Assembly: GCF_035594765.1 (NCBI RefSeq)
Contig: NW_026943818.1
Span: 18,360,229 to 18,424,228 of the forward strand
Length of the DNA stretch: 64,000 nucleotides
Origin: Anolis carolinensis
Lineage: Eukaryota
Reading direction: 5' to 3'
Position 1 is the stretch's first letter, and every line of letters begins with the position of its first letter. A program made the position numbers and the translations under genes. The notes below the pieces were generated by a model. That model worked only from the letters and a program-made list of their open reading frames with translations, was not told where the DNA came from and searched no databases. Shown here piece after piece: positions 1 to 12,613 of the stretch.

Positions 1-429
1 TTGCTATAGCACAGGATACAAGATGGAACTATCTTCCTGGCTCTCAGGAAGGTATGATGTCTTCTTGGCCCACCCCCCAGCATTGGTTTGATGTTGCTTG
101 ACTATGGATAAAACCAGTCCTAAAAAGCTATCAAAGGGGCAGAATGGACAAATGCATACCGAACAAGAGTATTTCAAGCGAAAACCTTGGCCTGTAATCT
201 CTACCTGCAAATCCCTAACCTGCCTATTGACACTGCCAAGATCCAATGATGTCATTCGGTGTTCACTGCCTGTGAATTTCATCCCCTCCTTTTTCAGACC
301 TGTCTTTTTTTTTTACTTTTTCCAAATATTTTTTATTAAACATTTACTAGGAAAGTATGGGGCGGAAGACAAGAGAAAAGGAAACATTTGGGGATAATAG
401 ATTAGTTATTGTAATAGGGGAATTGCTAA

Positions 430-950
430 GCAAAGAAGTATATCTGGCTACTCTAATTGAATCTAAGTCTCCAGGGCCAGATGAACTACAGCCAAGAGTA
501 TTGAAGGAAGCAGCAGAAGTCATTTCAGAACCACTGGCAATCATTTTTGAGAATTCTTGGAAAATGGGAGAAGTTCCAAAAGAAGACTGGAGGAGCCAAA
601 GGTTGTCCCTATCTATCTTCTGTTCTCTGTGTGAATTCAGAGAGACTGCTGTATATATTGTTGCCCTGTTTGACCTTTTGAACTGAAGTAAAGTTAATGT
701 TACTTGTTACACAAACCTGAGTGACACTTTATTATACTGCAGGGTATATCTTGGTTCAGAATTTATATCTACAACCTCCAACAAGAAAGAGGAGCCAAAC
801 AATGACTGATGTCCAGTCATCCTGACATCAAGACCAGGAAAGGTGCTGGAGCAGATCATGAAGGAGGCAGATTGCAATCACTTAGAAAGAAATACTGGGA
901 TTACCAAAAGTCAGCATGGATTCTTCAAGAACATGTCATGCCAGACCCAA
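430..950 (+). mobile_element. Degenerate CR1 ORF2 fragments
   Basis: KSPGPDELQPRVLKE..ISEPLAIIFENSW, and SQHGF..CQT motifs. Confidence 0.85.
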
Positions 951-1389
951 GCTAGTTAGTAATAATAGTAATCCCAGCAAACAAAAAGGAAAGCCTCCTT
1001 CTCAGAAAACTACTACTACCTAGTTACCTCTCCTCTAGAGTAGAAAGTAGAAACAGCTTTAAGGAAACATTAAACCCAGGTCTCCTCTACAGACCAACCG
1101 GAAAGGATCCCAGAAAGAGTGGCATCTTAACTCTGATGCTTTTTAATCCAGGTCTTAATGAAGGATATAAGGATAAACGATGCCATTGCCTAAAATGATG
1201 GGAAGGGGAACCTGGAGAGCCCTCTTCCCATTGCCACAAATGGGCTGGATCTAGCCATATTTTTCGGTTGCAGTCCGGAAATGTCATTCTGTCTGCACAC
1301 CCATTTTCGGGAGGCGCGGGAAAACAGGTATAGGGGTCTACAGGTATCTGGCCAGCAGAAACGGATCGAGGTTTATCCGAAATACACAA

Positions 1390-1587
1390 GCCTAGTGTCC
1401 TGAGGAGGGCAACTAAAGTGATCAGAGGTCTGGAGACCATGAATAATCCCTATGAGAAGCATCTTAAAGAACTGGGTCTGTTTAGCCTGCAGAAGAGAAG
1501 GTGGAGAAGAGACATGAGAGCCATGTATACATATGTGAAATATGTAAATACGGAAGAGGGAGCAGAGTTGTTTTCTGCTGCCCTGCC
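1390..1587 (+). mobile_element. CR1 fragment
   Basis: RRATKVIRGLE..PYE..LKELGLFSL.KRR. Confidence 0.8.
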
Positions 1588-1939
1588 AGAAAGAGTAGTA
1601 TCTTAACTCTGGTTTTTAAAATCCAGGTCTTAATGAAGGATTTAAGGACAAACGATCCCAGAAAGAGTGGTATCTTAACTCTAGTGTTTTTAATCAAATT
1701 CTTAATGAAGGATATAAGGACAAACGATGCCTAAAATGACAGAAAGGACAGCCTGGAAGGTCTCCCCAAAGCCACCAATGGGTCGGATCGAAACCAAATA
1801 TTTCAGCTTCCTGGATCAAAAATGGATTTCTGTCCTCCCGTATTCAGGCGGCTACTGAAAAATGGATCGAAATTCAGGACATTGAAACGGACCACGGTTT
1901 ACTCGAATTGCACAACTACAAAAGTAAGCAAGCACTTAC

Positions 1940-2488
1940 TTTTCATGAGTTTTCCTGACAGGTCCTTTAGTGCAAAAGAAGGACTGCTTCGGTTGGATGC
2001 AGAGGCTTTGGAAGCATCTCCGGGTTGGTCCGGAGCAGGGCAGTCCTCTGCTTCGGGCGTCCCAAACCCGAGGCGGGGGGCTCGGCCGGCACCGCCCTGG
2101 CAAAGCAGCAAGTGCTTCTGGAGGTTCAAAGTTCGGCCGTTCAGCTCCGCAGCCGGCAATGTGATGGGCGAGGGCCGTCGGGAGAGCGACTCGGAGGAGG
2201 AGGCCGAGGGGCCGGCCGAGGCCTTCTCGTCGTCCGCGAGGCAAGGAGAGAGCGGCTCTGCCAAGGAGCTGTGCTTGACGGTGTTCAGGCTGTGCGCCCG
2301 GATGCGGGCCCAGGCGGTGGAGTGGAAGCTCTCGGCCTCCAGCCAGAAGCGCACTAGGTGCTCCATGCGCCGCAGCTCCATGAACTGGATAAAGTAGGGC
2401 AGTGCCACCGGGTCCCGGAGGACTTGCTCGAGGGTCTTGGAGAGGCTGGATGTGGCCTCCTGGGTCTGGTAGTCCAGGCAGGAGCGGC
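1940..2488 (-). CDS. AKAP10: AKAP10 coding exon 4 (start of first RGS domain); gene continues beyond window start
   Basis: RSCLDYQTQE..LSKTLEQVL..LPYFIQFMELRRMEHLVRFWLEAESFHST..DLSGKLMKS; CTTTCAG acceptor, GTAAG donor. Confidence 0.96.
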
Positions 2489-2774
2489 CTGAAAGGAAAA
2501 GCAAAAAAGGAAGAGACCATCATCATCATCATTCACTTTATGTATACTCCGCTTTCTCCCCGTGTGGAGGGGTGCATGGGACTCAAGGCGGCTCGCAATC
2601 CCACACTTCAGTCAGGTATAAAAAACACAATACAACAGTTAAAAACTATTTTAAAGTACAATTTGGTAAAAACAGATTAAAATAATAAACTTTTTTTCTT
2701 CTTTTTTCCTGGGTGGATTGATTTTATCAAAACAACAAAGGAATAAAAATTCATAATGAAATGGAAATTACTGT

Positions 2775-2940
2775 ATATACATAAACCCCACTTGCTTGTT
2801 TCCAACACAACCTCTGAGGATGCCTGCCGTAGGTGTGGGCGAAACGTCAGGAGAGAATGCTGCTTCTGCAACGTGGCCGTACCACCCCGGAAACTCACAG
2901 CAACCCCGTGTTTCCAGCCATGAAAGCCTTCGACAACACA
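2775..2940 (+). mobile_element. Penelope-like element terminal fragment
   Basis: CTGAGGATGCCTGCC..GGCGAAACGTCAGGAGAGAATGC..GAAACTCACAGCAACCC; related copies at 15380-15508 (minus) and 17110-17485. Confidence 0.75.
2811..2851 (+). ncRNA. Minimal type I hammerhead ribozyme motif in the Penelope-like fragment
   Basis: CCT-CTGAGGA-T-GCCTGC(loop)GTGGGC-GAAAC-GTC-AGG: intact core, stem II, short stem I, palindromic ACGT stem III. Confidence 0.65.
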
Positions 2941-2951
2941 TAATATATATA

Positions 2952-3964
2952 CTGTATATACTCGAGTATAAGCCTAGGTTTTCAGCCCTTTTTTTAAGAC
3001 TGAAAAGCCCCCCATAGCTTATACTCGGGTGAGGGTCCTGGTTGGCTTTTATTTGGGTCAGCTTATACTCGAGAATATATGGTACATTTATTATTTTTCT
3101 CTCTTATTGGTATTATTACATTTATTATTTTACTCTATTATTATTACATTTACTATTGTACTCTATTATTGTTACTACTATTACATTTATTTATTATTCT
3201 ACTCTATTTATTATTACATGTATTATTTTCCTGTAATTATTATTATTATTACATTTATTATTGTACTCTATTATTGTTGCTACTATTATATTTATTTTAC
3301 TCTATTTTTTATTATTATTCATACATTTACTATTTCACTCTGATCTTATTATTACTACAATTATTATTCTACTCTATTTATTATTACATGTATTATTTTC
3401 CTGCATTTATTATTATTATTACATGAATTATTTTACTCTATTATTTATTTATTTATTTATTTCCGGTATTTCTACCCCGCCCTTCTCCCCTAGGGGACTC
3501 AGGGCAGCTTACAAATTGGCAACACAGTGCCATCACATCAACAATACAATACAAAAGGCATTAAAAACTAAAAACATTTAAAACATCATAAAAACCAACA
3601 TACAATAATAAAACATTACCATGCACTGAGGTAATGTCCTTTCATTCACTAGACCTTGTTAATCCAGAATCTTAAAAACCGACCGTGCCAAGCTCGAAAG
3701 TTCATTCATATTATTATTAAAAGGAAACATAAGCACATTTACATTGAAGATGATGAGAATGATTTAATCAGAGTTAGACAGTCTTAATATCCAAAAACAT
3801 TTAACCTACTGATGCCTCAATTAATGTAATTTTTTGGTATCTATTTTTATTTCTGAAATTTCCCACCCTCAGCTTATACTGAAGTCAATTTTTCCCCAGT
3901 TTTTTGTGGTAAAATTAGATGCCTCGGCTTATTTTCGGGTTGGCTTATATTTGAGTATATACGG
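2952..3964. mobile_element. pogo/Tigger-like MITE (TIR ..GTATATACTCGAGTATAAGCC) with internal AT-rich expansion
   Basis: Inverted termini; related copy at 56032-56732. Confidence 0.75.
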
Positions 3965-4186
3965 GTATATTACAAAACAAAATAACATAGAATCATAGAG
4001 TTGGAAGAGACCACATGGTCCATCTAGTGATTTTATTCCAACCCCATGCCATGCAGGAAAAGCACAAACATCCCAGGCAAATGGCCATCCAGCCTCTGCT
4101 TGATGATGATGATAGTAACAATAAACAGAGTTGGAAGAGACCACATGGGCCATCTAGTCCAACCCCATGCCATGCAGGAAACTTAC

Positions 4187-4366
4187 CCAGGTCTCCAAAA
4201 TGAGCAGCTTCCATGTGGCTGGGCTGCTTCTTAAGCGCGGCCGTGCGGCTGCTGGAAGACTCCATGTTGGCCGAGATGGCATTGATGGCCACATGGCTTG
4301 GTCCGGCCGCCTCCAGCAAGGCATGCTTCCGGGTGCTTCTCTGCGGGGAATGTACTGCTGCTGCAG
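4187..4366 (-). CDS. AKAP10: AKAP10 coding exon 3
   Basis: Encodes HALLEAAGPSHVAINAISANMES...KKQPSHMEAAHFGDLG; TTCAG acceptor, GTAAG donor. Confidence 0.95.
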
Positions 4367-4808
4367 CTGAATCAGGGAAAGGAAGAAAGACAACAGCAGC
4401 AAAAATTGAATATGCACAATTGTGGAAACAACAAGCGACACCAACAACAAAAGAAACGGATTACCAAAGTCTTTGAGATGGCGGAGATGGACAGACTATC
4501 TTTAGTCCTCCAGCAAATTAATCTGAAGACTCTACAACAATGGAAACCTTTTATAGACTAGGGGAATTCCAACCCCAAATAGGGAAACCTATCTCTTCCA
4601 GCAGGCCTACCCAGTCAATTTTAATGGTGAATTTTAAACTCTACTGTATGCCTTGTTTTTGTTTTGTGTATTTTGATATTTATTTTATAGAGGTATGTTT
4701 TAATATGTGTATTATACAGTGTTTTAAAATGATTGTGTGTTTGTTTATTACAATGTAGTAATGCTGTAACCCGCCTCGAGCTGTGAGCAGAGATGGGCAA
4801 GAAATAAA

Positions 4809-4845
<37 letters not shown>

Positions 4846-4847
4846 TT

Positions 4848-5188
4848 TATGACACAGCAAACAAGATAGATATGCTGGATTTTGTATCACAAAATCACAA
4901 GTCGAACACTTCCCAAGCATTTAGGACTGTGTGATGATGATGATTATTATTATTATTATTAGAAACACAACAAGATGAGTCCATAGCAGACACTCTTGGC
5001 TGTTGTACTTCCCAAGTGTCTAGGACTTATTATTGTTATTATTATTATTATTATTATTGTTATTTTATTATGACACAGCAAACAAGATAGATATGCTGGA
5101 TTTTGTATTAAAAAATCACAAGTTTTTGATGACACAGCAAACAAAATCACAAGTCGAACACTTCCCAAGCGTTTAGGACTGTGTGATG

Positions 5189-5239
<51 letters not shown>

Positions 5240-5436
5240 TGAAACACATCAAGATGAGTCCACAGCAGATACTCTGCTGGCTTCTGGCTGTTGTACTTCC
5301 CAAGTGTCTAGGACTTATTATTATTATTATTATTATTATTATTTTATTATGACACAGCAAACAAGATAGATATGCTGGATTTTGTATCACAAAATCACAA
5401 GTCGAACACTTCCCAAGTGTCTAGGACTGTGTGATG

Positions 5437-5437
<1 letters not shown>
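4848..5437 (-). mobile_element. Serial 3' ends of R4/Dong-like non-LTR elements in (TAA)n
   Basis: About 5 short copies of ACACAGCAAACAAGATAGATATGCTGG..CTTCCCAAG..AGGACTGTGTGATG, each bounded by TTA runs. Confidence 0.65.
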
Positions 5438-5496
<59 letters not shown>

Positions 5497-5548
5497 ATCG
5501 GGGCAAGGCAAATAGACATTCTGCACAAACCCAAGAGTCGGCACATAC

Positions 5549-5596
5549 CTTTAATAGCCTTGGCTTCTATTGCTTTCTCTTGCTCTTTGCCTTTCA
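5549..5596 (-). CDS. AKAP10: AKAP10 coding exon 2 (VKGKEQEKAIEAKAIK)
   Basis: 48-bp exon with CAG acceptor and GTATG donor; matches recalled VKGKEQEKTSDVKSIK. Confidence 0.9.
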
Positions 5597-6084
5597 CTGC
5601 AAAACACAAAAACATCTCTGTTAGGGGATCGTCTGCAGCAAAGATGGAATTATAGTCAAGCTGGTTTGTGTCTTCTTTGGGGAGATAAAGCGGGTATAAA
5701 TAAATATAATAATAATCTATATCATCAGTACACATAATAAAAGTGAAAAAATGTGTATGCATGTATGTGGCAGAGATGTCCACTTACACAGATAGCCTCC
5801 CGCTTCCACAAACAGCTCTAGTTCCCACTGAGCAGGAGATACCAATGGCCCTCCTTCCACTGATATGCAGGTTATAGTGAGCGCCAAGCCTTGTTTCGAC
5901 AAAAAGCCAAAATTCTCAAAATCCAATCCTCACAGGGACAGAAAGTGAAATGAAGCCTTCCGAGCAGAGGCACAGACAGTAAAGCAAACCCCACAAAGCA
6001 AAAAAAAACAAACCTGTATATTTATGGATGGAGTGACACTTAAAAACTGCCCCTGTTCCAACTTACATACAAAATTCAACTTAA

Positions 6085-7012
6085 GATAATCTACATAATA
6101 CTACTACTACTAATAATAATAATTTCAACTAGAAGATACATCTATATATAATAATAGTGAAGATAATAATAATGACAATAATAATAATTTCTACTAGAAG
6201 ATATATCTATATATAATAATAGTGAAGATAATAATGGCAGTCATAATAATAATTTCTACTAGAGGATACATCTATATATAATAATAGTGAAGATAATAAT
6301 AATGACAATAATAATAATAATTTCTACTAGAAGATACATCTATATATAATAATAGTGACGATAATAATGGCAGTCATAATAATAATTTCTACTAGAGGAT
6401 ACATCTATATATAATAATAGTGAAGATAATAATAATAATGACAATAATAATAATTTCCACTAGAAGATACATCTATATAAATAGTGAAGATAATAATGAC
6501 AATCATAATAACTTCTACTAGAAGATATATCTATATATAATAATAGTGAAGATAATAATAATAATGACAATCATAATAATAATTTCTACTAGAAGATACA
6601 TCTCTATATAATAATAGTGAAGATAATAATAATGACCGTCATAATAATTTCTACTAGAAGATACATCTATATATAATAATAGTGAAGAGAATAATAATGA
6701 CAGTCAAAATAATAATTTCTACTAGAAGATACATCTATATATAATATTAGTGAAAATAATAATAATAATGACCGTCATAATAATTTCTACTAGAAGATAC
6801 ATCTATATAAAATAATAGTGAAGATAATAATAATGACAGTCATAATAATTTCTAGTAGAAGATACATCTATTTATAATAATAATGATGAAAATAATAATG
6901 ACAATCATAACAATAAATTCTACTAGAAGATACATCTATATATAATGATAGTGAAGATAATAATAATAATGACAATCATAATAATAATTTCTACTAGTAG
7001 ATACAGCTATAC
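6085..7012. repeat. AT-rich minisatellite (~60-bp unit, core AATTTCTACTAGAAGATACATCTATATA), about 15 copies
   Basis: Directly visible tandem array. Confidence 0.9.
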
Positions 7013-7399
7013 AGCTTAAGAACAAACCTACAGAACCTCTCTTGTCCGTAACTTGGGGATGGTCTGCAATTTCAAATCATTAGACCTAGTCCTACCGAGA
7101 GCAAAGGAGGACATCCTATCCTCCTGCCGTCTTCTCCTCCTTTCCCAGGCTGAACTTGCCCAACTCTTTCACTCTGCCATTCTCCAGCTGCACAGATGGA
7201 ACTCCCCGCAGTGCTGTTACCCCACGTTACCAATCCTAGTTAGATTACAGGTGTCTGCTGTGATGCCTTGCTTGCGTTTACATAATGGCAATCTCCAGCA
7301 CCACGGGAAACACAATTTTGGAATACCTCCATGACATCTCATGCATCGAGGATGAGAAACAGCCAGGATTCCTGCTCAGCTACTAGTCAGCTGACTCAC

Positions 7400-8300
7400 C
7401 CATCACTTAGGCAGAAAAAATGAAATGCAAAGAGAAGGACAGGTGATGCTTGACTTGACAACAGTCCATGTGAGAATGATCTTGGAGTCTTTGTGGACAG
7501 GAAGTTGAACATGAGCCAAGATTGTGATGCAGCAGCTCAAAAAGCCAATGGGATTCCGGGCTGAATTCAAAGGAGTCTAGTGTCCAGATCGATGGAAGTC
7601 CTGGGCACCACAGTTCAAAAGAGAAATTGACTCTAAGCTGGAAGGGGTCCAGAGGAGGGTGACTAAAATAGCCAAAGATCTGGAGACCATGAATCCCTAT
7701 GAGGATCATCTTAAAGACCTGTATCCGTTTAGCCTCAGAGGAAAAGGTGGAGAGGAGACATGACTGACATGTTTAAATATTTGCAAGGATGTAGAATCAT
7801 AGAGTTGGAAGAGACCCCGTCAGCCATCTAGTCCAACCCCCTGCCACGCAAGTGAAGCACAATCGAAGCACCACCGACAGATGACCATCCAGCCATAATA
7901 ATAATATTAATTAATGTTTTTATTATTGCTGTGAGCCGCCCCGAGTCCCTTCGGGGAGATGGAGCGGGATATAAGAATAAATTTATTATTAAATTTATTA
8001 TTATTAGTAATAATAGTTGGAAGCAACTGCATGGGCCATCTAGTCCAACTCCCTGCCATAAAGGAAATGCACAATCAAAGCACCCCTGACAGATGGCCAT
8101 CCAGCCTATGTTTCAAAGCTTCCACTGGACTTTGAGGCAGAGAGTTCCACTGTTGAACAGCTCTTCTTACAGTCAGGAAGTTCTTCCTCATGTTTAAGAG
8201 GTATCTCCTCTCCTATTATTTGAACCAATGGCTCCTTTGAGTGCTAGTTTCCAGGGCACCAAAAAACAAGCCTGCACCCTCTTCTTTATAACACCCTTTC
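7400..8300. mobile_element. Cluster of CR1 fragments (plus-strand ORF2 piece followed by minus-strand 3' ends)
   Basis: LNMSQ..AA..KANGI and YE..LKDL motifs; tagaatcatagagttggaagagacc reverse tail. Confidence 0.8.
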
Positions 8301-8737
8301 CCATCAAGGCACCAGCCAATCCATCTACAATGCCAGAAATACAGCTTAATGGTGTAACGTTAGAAAATGTTTAATTATTAATTAATATTAACTTCCAGTT
8401 AGAAAATGTTGACCATTTCCACTACCTAGGCAGCCACCTCTCCACAAAAGCCAGCATCAACACTGAAATACAACAAAGTCTGAGCTCTGCGAGTGCAGGA
8501 TTTTTCCGAATGAAGCAGAGAGTGTTTAAGGATCGGGACATTTGTAGGCAGACCAAGAGGCTTGTTTATAAAGCTATTGTCCTCCCAACCCTGTTATACG
8601 CCTGCGAAACATGGACCATCTACAGATGTCACACTCAACTCCTGCAACATTTCCATCAGTATTGCCTCCCAAAAGTCCTGCAAATCTCTTGGAAAGACAG
8701 GCGGACAAATGTCAGCATGCTAGAAGAAGCAAAGACA
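8300..8737 (+). mobile_element. RTE-clade LINE fragment
   Basis: HFHYLGS..; VYKAIVLPTLLYACETWT..ISWKDRRTN. Confidence 0.85.
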
Positions 8738-9475
8738 TGAATCAAAGAGAACTAAAGGGAAGGGCCTGGGATGGCTAACGTATATTACAGAGATCCTACA
8801 CTTTCTGCAAGGAACTATGTCCCGCTATATCTCTCCGACATAACGGCTCATGCAAGGCCAACACCGGCTCTCTCAAGGCCACTAATTACCAATTATGACT
8901 AATTACAAATCCTCCAGGAAGAAGAATATTGCCTTGAGCAGCCGCAAGACTTCCCATACAAAGGCCCGCTGCAACACGTTTGGACACAAACAATAGTATC
9001 CTTTTTCCCTCTTAACAATCACAAAACAGCCCGCCTCTTTCTTCAGGGATTCCCACCAGGCTCGTCATCATCGCCACTTGTTCTCAGAAACGTCATATTT
9101 GTTTTGAGACTACTTTTGACAGCCGGCCGAAATGCTTTTCGAGCAGCCAAGCACCTTGTAGAACTGTCTCTGATTTGGAAAAATGGGAATATTTATGGAA
9201 AAGAGGTTTAAAATTTTCGATAGCTGGATCCATCAGAGAAAACATGTATAAAATGTTCTATAGACACTATAGGTGATAAGCAAAAATAGATAAATCCCAT
9301 TGAGGGGAATGCTGGAGATACAAAATACACAAAGGTACATACAATATAATTTACAATAATATATCATTATAACATATTGTATATACATTTAATATTCATA
9401 ATATTATATTGTAATACAATATAATACTAATAATACAATATAATATTAATTATATATTATATTTTACATGTAATA

Positions 9476-9782
9476 CAGTAGAGTCTCACTTATCCAAGCT
9501 AACAGGCCGCAGAAGCTTGGATAAGTGAGTATCTTGGATAATAATGAGGGATTTAGGAAAAGCCTATTAAACATCAAATTAGGTTATGATTTCACAAATT
9601 AAGCACCAAAACATCATGTTATACAACAAATTTGACAGAAAAAGTAGTTCAATACGCAGTAATGTTATGTTGTAATTGCTGTATTTACGAATTTTAGCAC
9701 CAAAATATCACAATATATTGAAAACATTGGCTACAAAAATGGCTTGGATAATCCAGAAGCTTGGATAAGTGAGACTCTACTG
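9476..9782. mobile_element. Tc1/mariner-superfamily MITE (TIR CAGTAGAGTCTCACTTATCCAA), copy 1
   Basis: TA-flanked TIRs; about 310-340-bp family with 7 copies in this window. Confidence 0.88.
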
Positions 9783-10859
9783 TATTACTAATAATATTAC
9801 AATATATTGATATAGTACAATATAGTAATTTATTGCCAGTATTGTGCTATGCTAATAATATAATACTGTATGTAAATTTAATTTGTAAGCCGCTCTGAGT
9901 CCCCTTTGGGGTGAGAAGGGCGGCATATAAATGTAGCAAATAAATAAATAATTCTTCCATGCTTGGTGGACTTATAGGCTGATGCAGACTTTTTGGGAAA
10001 AGGTAATCATGGAAACAAACAAAATCATGACTAAAAAGATTAAGAAAAACCCAGAAATGTGCCTCTTGGGTTTATTTGGTGAAAAAATAGCAAAATTATG
10101 GAGGGTGGAATAATGTAAGTTAGATGTTTGTAACTGAGGGACGGTCTCGTCAGTCTATAATATAAAAGTTTATGAAAGCTTCTGGCAACCTGAGCCTAAG
10201 AGCAAGCTCTGCCTATATCTTCAAGCCCTGCTCAATGCTTCCGGCTTCTCTTTGCACTGAAGGACACACAGAGGAGGTAAGACGATTGGCAGCTACCAGC
10301 CTAGCAAAGCAATCTTGATTCTCTGACCCACCCTTCATTGTTCTCAGCCTCTCCGCCTATAGAAAAAGAAAGCCTGCTTTATTCTGAAGGCGGCTTGAAA
10401 GCTTTCTAACAGTCAATGCCTTACAATGGGTTTGCTACAGGAACCTTTAAGGGTCACTGGGAGGAATCTTCAAATAATCAGAGTTCCTTTTCCCCAGTAA
10501 TAGTCATCCAGAAAACACTGGATGCCATCCTGGATGCCACTTATTTGCTGAAAAGTGCGGTTTCTTGTTCTGTTTCTGTGCATTTCCCTGTCCTGGGACC
10601 ACATGGATATCAACCATCATTCACCTTCCAAGTCAACTCCCAAAGCTCCTTTATTATTGCATAACAAGGAACACAGAGCTCTCTGTTGCAGTGAACGACA
10701 AGCAGTCACCCAAAATAATAATACTAATAAAGATAATACATGGTTTTCCTTTCTTAAAACAAGACTAAAACAGATTATGTCACTAGAAACAATTTTAAAT
10801 CTACAACATATAAACATGAAATCAGATTAAAGACAAACTTGTTAAAAACAAAATAAGTG

Positions 10860-11605
10860 CTTGGATGCTGCCTTCCTGCACAACAGTAGGGGGCTGGATT
10901 GGATGTCTATCTGTCAGGAGGGCTTAGATTGTGCCTGCCTTATTAATAGAATGGGGCTGCAATGGATATCCATATGTTAAGAGGGCTTGGATGGTGCCTT
11001 CCTATACACCAGAAGGCAGCTGGGTTGGATGTCTATCTGTTAAGACGGCTTGATTGGTGCCTTCCTACACAACAGGAAGGGGCTGGGTTGGATGTCCATC
11101 TGTTAAGAGGGGTTGACTGGTGCCTTCCTATACAACAGAAGGGGGTTGGGCTGGATGTCCATCTGTTAAGATGGCTTGATTGGTACCTTCCTACACAACA
11201 GAAGGGGGCTGGGTTGGATGTCCATCTGTTAAGAGGGCTTGGATGGTGCCTCCCTATACAACAAAAGGGGGCTGGCTTGGATGCCCATTTGTCAAGGGGC
11301 TTGGATAGTGCCTTCCTACACAACAGAAGGGGGCTGGGCTGGAAGTTCATCTGTTAAGAGGGCTTGGGTGGTGCCTCCCTATACAACAGAAAGGAGCAGG
11401 GTTGGATGTCCATTTGTCAAGGGGGCTTGGATGGTGCCTTCCTATACAACAGAAAGGGGCTGGGCTGGAAGTTCATCTGTTAAGAGGGCTTGGATGGTGC
11501 CTTCCTATACAACAGGAAGGGGTTGGGCCGGATGTCCCTCTGTCAAGGGGGCTTGGATGGTGCCTTCCTATACAAGAGAAAGGGGTTGGGCTGGATGGCC
11601 TTCGT
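10860..11605. repeat. 63-bp minisatellite (about 12 copies) derived from the CR1 3' end
   Basis: 21-aa periodicity in spurious ORFs; unit resembles GGATGGCCATCTGTC..TTCCTG..GGGGGTTGGACT. Confidence 0.85.
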
Positions 11606-12235
11606 GGGTCCCTGCAAGGGCCTCCCCTTCCGCTCGCAGGGTTACCTTTCCGCCTGAAGAAGGACATGGCGGCGCGGGAGGGGAGGCCAGGCCCCTTCCT
11701 TCTTCCCCTCAAGGCTTCCGAGGCCTCCTTCCGCCGCCTCCCGCTCCCTTCGCCGAGAAAGAGACGGCCGCCGCCATGTTGTCAACAACCGTCGCCGCGC
11801 AGGCCTCCTCTTTCCGGCCGAGCGCGCGAGGCACGCCGGGAAATCTTAAAAACCGGTTACCTTTTCCTATTGCCCTCAATAAATATGGCCGCTTCGGCTT
11901 CTCCATCAATTCCTTTGCCGCACCCGCCACTTGGGTTTGTTCACCAGAACACAGCTGGGTCTCGTCTTGTACGCCATATTGAGAAAGGGCAACGCCCGGC
12001 TGTGGCTCGGTGGCCATCTTTTCTAAGGGAGACCCCATTTCAAATACTGTAGTTGGGCATGTTCTGGGGCGATGCCATATTGGAAAAGGGCAAACACCTG
12101 GCTTTTGCTCCGTGGCCATCTTTTCTAAGCTTTTTTTCGGCCATGTTGGAAAAGGGCAAAAGAATTCCTCCCGCTGTCGTAGAAAAGCATGCAATTTCCC
12201 GACCTCGCCACAGGATGGCGGCAAAGAACGACCAT
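11600..12235. promoter_or_regulatory. CpG island / promoter of AKAP10 with clustered YY1-type (GCCAT) motifs
   Basis: High CpG density around exon 1; repeated GCCATGTT, GCCATATT, GGCCATCTTT, GATGGCGGC motifs. Confidence 0.7.
11646..11667 (-). CDS. AKAP10: AKAP10 coding exon 1 (MSFFRRK)
   Basis: Reverse strand GCCGCC-ATG TCC TTC TTC AGG CGG AAA G|GTAAC; matches the MSFFRRK of AKAP10; phase 1 joins exon 2; lies in a CpG island. Confidence 0.88.
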
Positions 12236-12290
12236 CCTTGGTTGCATCAATGAGTAGGAGATCTATTTATTTATTATTATTACTACAGTA

Positions 12291-12613
12291 CAGTAGAGTC
12301 TCACTAATCCAAGCTAAACGGGCCGGCAGAAGCTTGGATAAGCGAATATCTTGGATTATAAGGACTGATCAAGGAAAAGCCTATTAAACATCAAATTAGG
12401 TTATGATTTTACAAATTAAGCACCAAAACTTCATGTTATACAACAAATTTGTCAGAAAAAGTAGTTCAGTACACAGTAATGCTATATAGTAATTACTGTA
12501 TTTATGAATTTAGCACCAAAATATCACGATATATTGGAAACATTGACTACAAAAATGGCTTGGATTATCCAGAGGCTTGGATAAGCGAGGCTTGGATTAG
12601 TGAGACTCTACTG
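12291..12613. mobile_element. Same MITE, copy 2
   Basis: TIRs and TA flanks. Confidence 0.88.

Noticed and set aside
3029-5783. Tyr/Ile/Leu-rich ORFs (also at 52649-52988 and 56754-57023)
   Set aside because: Translations of (TTA)n and other AT-rich low-complexity DNA.
6085-7012. CRISPR-like array: the repeat starts TAATTTCTACTA, resembling a Cas12a direct repeat
   Set aside because: Spacers are near-identical AAT-rich copies rather than unique sequences, there are no cas genes, and the context is a vertebrate intron; it is a minisatellite.
10962-12224. Overlapping ORFs of 131-247 aa
   Set aside because: Products of the 63-bp minisatellite and the CpG island.
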